The position numbers and the translations under genes were made by a program. From contig JAHDBV010000001.1 in NCBI GenBank assembly GCA_020630195.1, forward strand, positions 72,314 through 136,313: 64,000 nt of DNA, written 5' to 3'. Of this stretch, positions 43,448-51,650 are shown in pieces. The notes beneath the pieces were generated by a model that ran no database searches, was not told where the DNA came from, and worked only from the letters and a program-made list of their open reading frames with translations. Source of the stretch: Acidimicrobiales bacterium. GTDB lineage: Bacteria > Actinomycetota > Acidimicrobiia > Acidimicrobiales > SZUA-35. How positions within the stretch are numbered: position 1 is the first letter of the stretch; each line of letters opens with the position of its first letter.

Positions 43448-44692
43448 TCAGGTGTCGGCGTTCGAGTCTTCATCCGCGGTCCCGATCGCACGCCGTGCGA
43501 TGGACGCGAGGGTGGAGAGCTGGGATGCCGCGGACATTCGTTCGTCGTAGAACACCCGCATCGACGCTGCGGTGGATGCGGAATCGAGACGACAGGCCGC
43601 AACGAGTGCGTCGGCCAGGAGACGAGGGCGATCAGGTTCGACGAGAAGACACCCCGGCGTCTCGGCTGCCCGGGCCGCGGCGGCACCGGTCGAGGCGACG
43701 ACGACGGGGCGCCCCGAGCGCACATAGGAGCTGAGCTTCGAGGGAACCGCCGTGCGGGAGAGCTCGGTCTCGCGGAGGTGCATCACGAGCGCGTCCGATG
43801 CCTCGGCGATCGCGTTGGCGGTGCCAGCCGGCACCCGACCGAGGAAGCGCACCGTTGCATCCGCCTGGTCGGCGTGTGCTCGGAGCTCCGCGGCAGCGGG
43901 ACCGTCCCCTCCCACCACGAGGCTCATTGGTGGATCCGCGACCGCGACGGCGTCGATGATCACATCGACGGCCTGCTGGTCGCCGAGCAGACCGACATAT
44001 GAAACGATCGGCCGCTCGAGCCCGGACATGCACTCCTCTGCTCCGCGGCGATCATCGGCGCTGACGGCGACCTCGGCTCCCCAGTTGTACACGACGGTCG
44101 TCGCCCGAGCTCCACGCTCCCGGAGTACCTGCGCCGCTTCGTCGGACAGCGTGACGACGTGTTCGGCCCGGCGGACACCGAAGGCCGAGAACCAGCTGAG
44201 CAGGCCGAGGGGGAGCCAACCCGGGAAGAACCCGGCGCTCGTCACGCTCTCCGGCCAGAGATCCTGCACGTCGAGCACCATCGGAGGCCGGAGCGATCCG
44301 AGCAATCCGACCGCGAACGCCAGCGTCGCCGGCCCCTGCTGCACCCAGATGAGGTCGTACCGACGCCCGCGAATGGCGACGAAGAAGAACATGGCCACGG
44401 CGAGGCTGACGTAGGTGAGAATTCGTCGGACGGCATTGTGGTCATGGCTCACGACGTGCCCAAGCCGATGCACCACGACGCCGCCGACCTGATCACGCCG
44501 ATACGGCCGCATCGAGTACCCGTCGTAGAGGCGCCCGAGTGGGTAGTTCGGAAACCCCGTGGCCACCTCGACATCGAATCCCTCCGCCTCCAAGGAGTGG
44601 GCGAACGAGATCCCGCGAAGCATGTTCGGCTCAGGCTGGAAGAACTGATTGATCAGAAGGATCCGGCTGCGCGGAGGGTCGGGGATGGTCAC
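43448..44692 (-). CDS. GT4 glycosyltransferase, WbuB-like (candidate L-FucNAc-type transferase)
   Basis: ILLINQFFQPEPNMLRGISFAHSLEAEGFDVEVATGFPNYP is typical of the WbuB/Glyco_trans_4_4 N-terminus. The gene lies directly upstream of fnlA on the same strand. Confidence 0.65.
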   Translation of the reverse strand: MTIPDPPRSRILLINQFFQPEPNMLRGISFAHSLEAEGFDVEVATGFPNYPLGRLYDGYSMRPYRRDQVGGVVVHRLGHVVSHDHNAVRRILTYVSLAVAMFFFVAIRGRRYDLIWVQQGPATLAFAVGLLGSLRPPMVLDVQDLWPESVTSAGFFPGWLPLGLLSWFSAFGVRRAEHVVTLSDEAAQVLRERGARATTVVYNWGAEVAVSADDRRGAEECMSGLERPIVSYVGLLGDQQAVDVIIDAVAVADPPMSLVVGGDGPAAAELRAHADQADATVRFLGRVPAGTANAIAEASDALVMHLRETELSRTAVPSKLSSYVRSGRPVVVASTGAAAARAAETPGCLLVEPDRPRLLADALVAACRLDSASTAASMRVFYDERMSAASQLSTLASIARRAIGTADEDSNADT

Positions 44693-44729
44693 CGGTTCGG
44701 CTCACCGTCGAGGACGACATCGGCGAGGC

Positions 44730-45521
44730 TCATGCCGGTGTCCGGCTCACGATGAACGCCTTCCCGACGACTTCCTTCCTCCCGGCGCCGGGCCCGAACC
44801 CGTAAGTCGCGAACGCCTCAGCGGTGAACTCCGGGCGCCGTTCGAGCCACTCCTCGAACGCACGCTGCACTCCGATGCCGATCTCCTCGGTGTTACCTCC
44901 GGCGAACCAGTCGTCGAAGATCAGCACGGCTCGATCCGCCAGGAGCGGAGTGAGCCAATCGAGCACGGGAACCGTCGAGGAGTAGGCGTCGGCGTCGAGC
45001 TGCGCAATGGAGATCCGCTCGATACCGAGCTCGCCCGCCAGCCCCGGCGTCAGCGATTCGTCGAACCAGCCCGGGATCAGGGTGATGCGGTCGGGTCCGA
45101 CGCCGTGGTTCGTCGACAGATTCCAGCGAGTGACCCATTCCGGGCAGTAGAACGCTCCCGGCTGCCATCCGCCCTCGTCATCGGTCACCGAGTCGGGAAG
45201 ACCGCGAAACGAGTCGAATCCGAACATCGGCGCGCTCGAGCCCGCCTCGGCCAGAACATCGGCCATGATGCCGAGAGAGTCGCCTGCGTAGATCCCGAAC
45301 TCGGCATAGGCCTGCACCTCGCCACCGAGCTGACGCACCGCCTCGCGGTAGACCCGCCGGAGGTCATCCTGAGGGACGAGAGTCCAGCCGCCTTGCTTCA
45401 TACGCCATTGCAGCACGGTGCCCCAGACACGATCGGACACCGGGGCTGGCAGTCGAGCGGTCAGGCGACCGACGTCGGCCAAGCCCACTCGACGCTTCGG
45501 CAAGATCGTGCGTACATCCAT
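44730..45521 (-). CDS. TylF/MycF-family SAM-dependent O-methyltransferase
   Basis: YAEFGIYAGDSLGIMADVL, FDSFRGLPD, LDADAYSSTVPVLDWLTPLL and LIFDDW fit the macrocin-O-methyltransferase family pattern. Confidence 0.65.
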   Translation of the reverse strand: MDVRTILPKRRVGLADVGRLTARLPAPVSDRVWGTVLQWRMKQGGWTLVPQDDLRRVYREAVRQLGGEVQAYAEFGIYAGDSLGIMADVLAEAGSSAPMFGFDSFRGLPDSVTDDEGGWQPGAFYCPEWVTRWNLSTNHGVGPDRITLIPGWFDESLTPGLAGELGIERISIAQLDADAYSSTVPVLDWLTPLLADRAVLIFDDWFAGGNTEEIGIGVQRAFEEWLERRPEFTAEAFATYGFGPGAGRKEVVGKAFIVSRTPA

Positions 45522-45685
45522 TCACGGCATCGTAGGAGCGACGGCCCAGCCCGAGGAAGGGACGCGGGCACCACCACCGACGACCGGGGGACCAAGGTCC
45601 CCCCGGAGAGCGGAGACGCACTCACCACGGCGTTGTTCGGGTCTGGTAGAACTTCGGCGGCGGAAGTTGCGACTCGACGTCGCAG

Positions 45686-47491
45686 ATGTGTGGGAGAACC
45701 ATGGCGGGCATGGAGGCAATCAACCGGACGAAGCTGCGATCGGTTCGCGGCATCGCGCTCGTGAGCACCGACGCGGCGTCATGGCTGCTGGCATCGTCGG
45801 TGGTACTGAACCGACTCGGGGCCAACGACCCGACCAGCCTCGCCGGCGCCGCCGCCATCGCCCTCGGCGCCGTCGGAGGGAACGCCGCCGTCCGGAACTA
45901 CTCCGTACGATGGATGGTCGGTGAGTTCAAGCACGTCCTGTGGCACACCCTTGCTGCGGCGGCACCAGCGGTCATGCTGCTCGCGTTGTCGCTTCCCACC
46001 TCGGCCGCCGCCTCGGCGAACACCTTGTTGGCCGCGATCGCCGCAGCGTCCCTGGCCCACGGATTGACGAGCGCCGCACGAGTCGGCTGGCGTTTGTACT
46101 GGACGAACGAAGACGACCCGGAGATCGGCGAACCGGTCGTCATCTTCGGCGCCGGGAACGGCGCCCGCCTTCTACTCAGTTCTCTGCGAGCAGGCCACTC
46201 GACCCTCAACCCAGTCGCGCTTCTCGACGACGACCCGACGCTCGTCGGACGCCGAATCGGCAGTCTGAGCGTCATCGGTGGCCGGGAAGCCCTTGGTCGA
46301 GCCATCGCTGCAACGGGTGCGAAGCGAATGGTCGTCGCCATCCCCTCTGCTCCGCGAGAAGTCATCCGAGAACTGACCGCTCACGCTGATGGCCTGGGCG
46401 TGACCACCTCGGTACTCCCATCGATGGCAGAGCTGGTCGGACGGGCGATCAGCCATCGTGACGTTCGCGACGTCACGCCGGAGGATCTCCTCGGCCGGCA
46501 GCCCGTCGAGATGGACCTCCCCTCGCTGGGTTCCTACGTCACGGACCGCACGGTGCTCGTGACCGGCGCCGGGGGCTCGATCGGATCCGAATTGAGCCGG
46601 CAACTCGCCCGACTGAACCCTGCGCGGCTGCTCATGCTCGATCGGGACGAGTCGGCTCTCCATGCGCTTCAGCTGAGCCTGGACGGGCGCGGCCAGCTCG
46701 ACGACGCTGGGTTGATCGTCGCCGACATCCGGGATCTCGAACGGCTCGACGAACTCTTCGCGATCTGGCGGCCCGACGTGGTCTTTCACGCCGCGGCTCT
46801 GAAACACCTGCCGCTGCTGGATCGGTTTCCCGCCGAGGGGGTCAAGACCAACGTCGTCGGGTCGCAGAACCTCATCGAGTTGGCTTGCAAACACAACGTC
46901 GACCGCTTCGTGAACGTCTCGACTGACAAGGCCGCCGACCCGACGAGCGTGCTCGGCTGGACGAAGCGACTGGCCGAGCGCCTGACGGCACAGGCCGCCG
47001 ACGAAACCGGTCGGGGCTTCATCTCGGTCCGCTTCGGCAACGTCCTGGGAAGCCGGGGATCCGTGCTCGAAGCGTTCTCCACCCAGATCGCCGCGGGTGG
47101 TCCGGTCACCGTGACGCATCCGGAGATCACCCGGTACTTCATGACCGTCGAGGAAGCGGCGAGCCTGGTCATCGCTGCCGGGGCCGTTGGCGATCCCGGG
47201 GACGTGATGATCCTCGAGATGGGAGAGCCGGTTCGGATCCTCGAGGTCGCCAGGCAGATGATCGCCCTGTCCGGGCGGGACGTCGACATCGAGATCACCG
47301 GCCTCCGGGCGAACGAGAAGCTCCATGAGGTGCTCCAGTCGCACCACGAGGCGATCGTGAAGACCGACGATGGACTCATGTGGCGCGGTCGGGTGGAACC
47401 GATGAGCTACCACGAGGTCGAACGCGAACTCCTGGGGAACGAAGATCTCCACGTTGCGCTGCGGCGAGCGGTCGCTCAACGGCGGCCCTAG
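45686..47491 (+). CDS. Membrane-bound UDP-N-acetylglucosamine 4,6-dehydratase (CapD/PglF/WbpM family)
   Basis: Four N-terminal TM helices, a central Rossmann-like domain, then VLVTGAGGSIGSEL, HAAALKHLP, VSTDKA and RFGNVLGSRGSV. The start could be ATG 45701 instead of 45686. Confidence 0.85.
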   Translation: MCGRTMAGMEAINRTKLRSVRGIALVSTDAASWLLASSVVLNRLGANDPTSLAGAAAIALGAVGGNAAVRNYSVRWMVGEFKHVLWHTLAAAAPAVMLLALSLPTSAAASANTLLAAIAAASLAHGLTSAARVGWRLYWTNEDDPEIGEPVVIFGAGNGARLLLSSLRAGHSTLNPVALLDDDPTLVGRRIGSLSVIGGREALGRAIAATGAKRMVVAIPSAPREVIRELTAHADGLGVTTSVLPSMAELVGRAISHRDVRDVTPEDLLGRQPVEMDLPSLGSYVTDRTVLVTGAGGSIGSELSRQLARLNPARLLMLDRDESALHALQLSLDGRGQLDDAGLIVADIRDLERLDELFAIWRPDVVFHAAALKHLPLLDRFPAEGVKTNVVGSQNLIELACKHNVDRFVNVSTDKAADPTSVLGWTKRLAERLTAQAADETGRGFISVRFGNVLGSRGSVLEAFSTQIAAGGPVTVTHPEITRYFMTVEEAASLVIAAGAVGDPGDVMILEMGEPVRILEVARQMIALSGRDVDIEITGLRANEKLHEVLQSHHEAIVKTDDGLMWRGRVEPMSYHEVERELLGNEDLHVALRRAVAQRRP

Positions 47492-48102
47492 TCGGACAGA
47501 GGAGTCTCACGCCCCGTGAACCTCGGCATCGTGGCGTGGTCGTCCGCCGAGACGCCCTCACGCCGCACCACGGTTCGGGCCGTGTCGAGCAGAATCCTGA
47601 TGTCGAGACTCATCGACCAATCGTCGACGTAGCAGGCATCGAGTTCGAGACGTTCCGGCCAGGTGGTCAGGTTGCGGCCGTTCACCTGTGCCAAGCCAGT
47701 GATGCCCGGGCGAACCTCGTGCCGACGACGCTGTCGCTCGTTGTAGAGCGGCAGATACTCCGGCAGCAGTGGCCTCGGCCCGACGAGACTCATGTCCCCG
47801 CGAAGCACATTCCACAACTGCGGCAGCTCGTCGACGCTGAGCGACCGGAGACGTGAGCCGAGCGGCGTGAGCCGGCTGGCATCCGCCCCCGGACCATCGG
47901 TCATCGTACGGAACTTCACCACCTCGAACAGCTCACCTCCGAGACCGGGCCGCTGCTGGCGGAAGAAGACAGGCGAGCCCATCGACGTCCTGATCGTGAG
48001 CGCCGCCCCAACCAGGATCGGCGACGACACCAGCAGCCCGGTCGCGGCGACCGTCACATCGAAGGCTCGCTTCGCACGCTGCTCCCACGCTCGATCGGCC
48101 AT
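47488..48102 (-). CDS. Small monotopic phosphoglycosyl transferase (PglC-like), PGT-4
   Basis: ATG 48102 is preceded by GGGGAGG. KRAFDVTVAATGLLVSSPILVGAAL, PVFFRQQRPG, VKFRTM and DELPQLWNVLRGDMSLVGPRP are present. 204 aa. The rest of ORF 47488..49176 is a shadow extension. Confidence 0.8.
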   Translation of the reverse strand: MADRAWEQRAKRAFDVTVAATGLLVSSPILVGAALTIRTSMGSPVFFRQQRPGLGGELFEVVKFRTMTDGPGADASRLTPLGSRLRSLSVDELPQLWNVLRGDMSLVGPRPLLPEYLPLYNERQRRRHEVRPGITGLAQVNGRNLTTWPERLELDACYVDDWSMSLDIRILLDTARTVVRREGVSADDHATMPRFTGRETPLSD

Positions 48103-48385
48103 CTCGGAACCTCCCCTGGACCTACGACCCTGCCGTGTCGAGGTCATCTCACCCAGGCTCCGGGCTTCCCTCTTCGGTAGCCTCTGACCCATCGAAGACG
48201 AACCACCACGATCAGCGTCCGGTTGGCCCGAAACGCTACTGCTGCTCTGCTGGCTCGCGCTCGGTGCGCTTCTCCTCCTCACGGATGTCTCTCCAGTCGG
48301 CCCCTTCGGTCTCCCGGCGTGGTGGGGGCACCTGCTTCTCTTCGCAGGGCTCGGGCTCGCCTTCGCGACGTTCTGGGCCCGCAGG

Positions 48386-49237
48386 GTGCCGATCAGCCGA
48401 ACGACCGCTGCGCTCGTCTTCGCACTCGTCGCCGGGATCGCCATCGTCTCGGAGCTCGCCCAGACCACGGTGGCGGCTCGGACCGGGTCTGCCGGAGACG
48501 TCGGGCTCGACCTCATCGGGGGAGCGGCGGGCGTCGGGCTGGGAGCGTTTCTCGCGAGCAGAAAACGACGTGCGGTTGCCTTGGCGCTCCTGACAGCGGG
48601 CGCAGCGATCGGTACCGGCTGGTACCTCGACACCGAGTACTCGGTGCGTGACACCGTGGCCTGTTCCCGGTCGGGGCTCGACCCGAGCCGTCCGCAGGCC
48701 ATCGTCTTCCGACCCGAGCAGGGTGAGGTCAGCGTCGACGACGAGGTGACTCGTACCGACTCCGTCACCGCCTTCGGCGATGACGAGCTACAGCGAGCGC
48801 CCGAAACGGCCGGCGAGCGGCTGGGATGCACCAGCGTTGGCGGCTTCCAGGTCAGTGCCCTCCTCCTCGGACACCCCGACACGACGGGCCCAGGCCGGAT
48901 CCTGTCCCTGTCGAGCTCGCCCGAGCTCGACGACATCGACTTCATGATCGGACAGGACGAGGACGCCCTCGTGCTCCGCGTCCGTCTCGAATCCGGAGCA
49001 CTGCTCGTACGCGAGTTGGAAGGCGTGTTCATCAGCGACGAGCTCATCGAGCTCGACATCGTGTTCGTGGATGAGCGGGCCGACGTCTTCGTCGACGGCA
49101 CCCCCATCGGCTCGATCCGCACCGGGCTGAACGACGGTCGGCACTGGAGGACCGACCTACCGCTGCAGGTCGGCAATGAAGCAGACGGGACGCGGCCCTT
49201 CGTCGGCGAGATCCGTCGGGTGACGGTCGACGGGTGA
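48386..49237 (+). CDS. VanZ-like membrane domain fused to C-terminal LamG/concanavalin-like domain (copy 2); the true N-terminus probably lies upstream
   Basis: AGIAIVSELAQTTV and GLDLIGGAAGVGLGAFLA are VanZ-like helices. The C-terminus ends TRPFVGEIRRVTVDG. The in-frame upstream sequence 48224-48385 encodes two further VanZ-like helices but holds no ATG/GTG/TTG (see findings). Confidence 0.55.
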   Translation: MPISRTTAALVFALVAGIAIVSELAQTTVAARTGSAGDVGLDLIGGAAGVGLGAFLASRKRRAVALALLTAGAAIGTGWYLDTEYSVRDTVACSRSGLDPSRPQAIVFRPEQGEVSVDDEVTRTDSVTAFGDDELQRAPETAGERLGCTSVGGFQVSALLLGHPDTTGPGRILSLSSSPELDDIDFMIGQDEDALVLRVRLESGALLVRELEGVFISDELIELDIVFVDERADVFVDGTPIGSIRTGLNDGRHWRTDLPLQVGNEADGTRPFVGEIRRVTVDG

Positions 49238-49238
49238 T

Positions 49239-50687
49239 CTAGGCCCGACCGAGCAGCGACTTCGCTCGTGCGAGGCTCCCCTGTCCGACCAGGAGCATGA
49301 TGCTCGTCGCGACGAGCGCGAACACGGTGAGACCAAGGGCCCCCTGCTCGACGCCCACTTCTCGCACCGAGAAGGTCAGACCGGCTGCCGCTCCGGCGTA
49401 CCCGGGAATCACCGCCAAGAGGATGCCGCCGAGCGAACCGCCGCTGACGAGAACCGCGATCGCGCCGTAGACGACGAAGCCGACTGCGACGGCGACCCCG
49501 ATTGCCGCCGCACCTCCGATCACACTCCCGAAGGCTGCGCCCACGACGAGGGAGATGGCGTTCAAGGCGATCAGCACACTCGCTCGCCCGAATGCTCCTC
49601 CTGCCTGATGCCGGGCGATGGCAACGTCGCCGAGAAGCCGGAACGGCAGGCCGAGCGACAGCGCAATGGCCGCGACCGCCGTACCGTCACCCCACCGACC
49701 GCCCCAGACGAGGTGAAGCAGAGGCTCGACCACAACAGCGAACACGCCGAAGACCACCGACGTCGCGAGCACCGACACGACCATCGCATCCTGAGCGACC
49801 GCCGTGGCTCGGTCGGGCCGATCCGCGAGCTTCGCGAAACTGCCGACGAGCACCGACGTCGTTGCGCTCGTGATCGGCTGCGTCGCTGCGGCAGTGAGCG
49901 TGAAGGCGAAGAAGTAGCGCCCGAGCACATCAGGCTCGACCACGGGAGCGAGGACGAGATAGTCGCCACCCATCGCTGCTGCCTGGGCCAGCCCGGCGAG
50001 CGCGGTGACCGCCAGTGCCCGACGAGACGTGAAGGCCCCTCGGACCGACCACACATGACGGCCGGCACGATGAGCGAGAAGGGCGAACCGGACGACCGCA
50101 TCGAAGAGCACCGCCCAGGCCAGCGCCTCGGCCCGGAAACCCATGAGGAGAAGACCGATCGTCAACCCGTGCCGGCCCACGGCTGCGACGAGGAGCCGAC
50201 GAGACTCGTCGGCGAATGCGAGGCGCTGGGCCAGCACCGCGGCGGGATAGGCAGCCGCGATGGTCGGGATCACGGACAGTGCCACGATCCTCAACGGTGT
50301 CTCGGCAGCCGGGTTCGAGACGAGCCGGCTGAACTGCGGAGCGAAGGTGAACGCCACAATCGACACAACTGCCGATGCCACGAGTGCTCTCGCCCATGTC
50401 GGCGCCGCGTCATCGCCGCTCGCAAGGCGCTCGATCAGCAGAGCCCGGAGGGTCGAATTCGAAGCTGCCGCGATCGACGACAACACGACGGTGACGGCGT
50501 AGGCACCGAACTCCTCCGCGAGGAGGAGGTTCCCGGCGACGATCTGTGCGACGAAACCGACCAGCCTCATCGCGATGCCTGAGCCGGCGGCCCAGAGAGC
50601 ACCAACCCGAGCACGGTCACGAAGACCGGCGGTGTCCTCCGCATGCTCCGTGATGGTCCGGGGTCGCACCCGGCCATCCTCGCCCAT
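49239..50687 (-). CDS. Wzx/MOP-superfamily polysaccharide flippase-like protein (copy 3)
   Basis: 482 aa with about 12-14 TM helices. The N-terminus RARVGALWAAGSGIAMRLVGFVAQIVAGNLL is typical of Wzx-type proteins. Confidence 0.55.
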   Translation of the reverse strand: MGEDGRVRPRTITEHAEDTAGLRDRARVGALWAAGSGIAMRLVGFVAQIVAGNLLLAEEFGAYAVTVVLSSIAAASNSTLRALLIERLASGDDAAPTWARALVASAVVSIVAFTFAPQFSRLVSNPAAETPLRIVALSVIPTIAAAYPAAVLAQRLAFADESRRLLVAAVGRHGLTIGLLLMGFRAEALAWAVLFDAVVRFALLAHRAGRHVWSVRGAFTSRRALAVTALAGLAQAAAMGGDYLVLAPVVEPDVLGRYFFAFTLTAAATQPITSATTSVLVGSFAKLADRPDRATAVAQDAMVVSVLATSVVFGVFAVVVEPLLHLVWGGRWGDGTAVAAIALSLGLPFRLLGDVAIARHQAGGAFGRASVLIALNAISLVVGAAFGSVIGGAAAIGVAVAVGFVVYGAIAVLVSGGSLGGILLAVIPGYAGAAAGLTFSVREVGVEQGALGLTVFALVATSIMLLVGQGSLARAKSLLGRA

Positions 50688-50739
50688 CCTGGGCGCGAAG
50701 CAACACCGATGGGCAGGTTGATTCTCCCAGGGGCTCGGC

Positions 50740-51642
50740 TTGCGTCGGCCCTACGGTGGTGGTGTGCCCAACCTCGCCTTCGGGATCCCGGTGTACAACG
50801 GACGCCCGTATCTGGAGGCTGCCATCGACTCGGTACGCGCCCAGACGCTGGCGCCGGACCTGGTGATCATCGGCGACAACGGATCGAACGACGGGACGCG
50901 AGAGGACATCGAGCGGTGGTCGACGTCGCCCGATCTCGTTCCCATCCTCCACCCGCGCAATCTCGGCATCGTCGGGAACATGAACGCCGTCCTCGATCGC
51001 TCGGACACCAGATACTTCGCTTGGTTGGCAGCTGATGATCGCCTAGACCCGCGCTACGCCGAGGCGTGCTGTGCGGAACTCGACGTCAGCGACGCTGTCC
51101 TCGTCGTCACCGAGAGCCGGAAAATCGATGCGGCAGGAAGACACGTGGGCGACTTCCGCGGCCTTCTCGACCATCGAGCACTTGGCTCCAGCGATCCCGT
51201 GGAGCGCTTCCGTACCGTCCTGCGAACCCCGCCCGCCCTTCTCGTCTTCGGGGTCTTCCGACGCCACGTGCTCGCTGAGCTCGGGGGCCACCACGACGGC
51301 ATCGGTGGCGATCGGGTGACGCTCGGGGCAGCGGCGCTCGCAGGCCCGATCCACGTCGTCGACGCGACCTTCTTCGATCGGCGCGACCACGGGGGAACAT
51401 ACTCTCGCCGACACAAAGGAATTCGAGAGCGGGTGCGGGCGATGAACGGTCGCGCCACCCCTGCCGGCGCCGTCAAGGCCCTCTACGTAGACCGCCACCG
51501 GGCACACGCGAGGACGATCGACACGGCGGATCTCCCCGCACACACGAAGAAGCGGGCGCACACCACGCTGAGCGTCGAGCTACCGAAGCTCATCGGACGA
51601 GCGGAAGCCGCACTACTCGCACAGCGCGTTCTCGGTCGCTGA
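50740..51642 (+). CDS. Glycosyltransferase family 2
   Basis: FGIPVYNGRPYLEAAIDSVRAQTL...VIIGDNGSNDGT is a GT2 N-terminal signature. Soluble, about 300 aa. The start could be GTG 50764. Confidence 0.7.
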   Translation: MRRPYGGGVPNLAFGIPVYNGRPYLEAAIDSVRAQTLAPDLVIIGDNGSNDGTREDIERWSTSPDLVPILHPRNLGIVGNMNAVLDRSDTRYFAWLAADDRLDPRYAEACCAELDVSDAVLVVTESRKIDAAGRHVGDFRGLLDHRALGSSDPVERFRTVLRTPPALLVFGVFRRHVLAELGGHHDGIGGDRVTLGAAALAGPIHVVDATFFDRRDHGGTYSRRHKGIRERVRAMNGRATPAGAVKALYVDRHRAHARTIDTADLPAHTKKRAHTTLSVELPKLIGRAEAALLAQRVLGR

Positions 51643-51650
51643 GGCTCGGC

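Noticed and set aside
48103-49176. N-terminal 358-aa extension of the 562-aa ORF 47488..49176 (-)
   Set aside because: Only the last 204 aa form the PglC-like transferase, with ATG 48102 and a GGGGAGG RBS. The extension is S/R/P/T-rich low complexity and overlaps the VanZ-LamG gene on the + strand.
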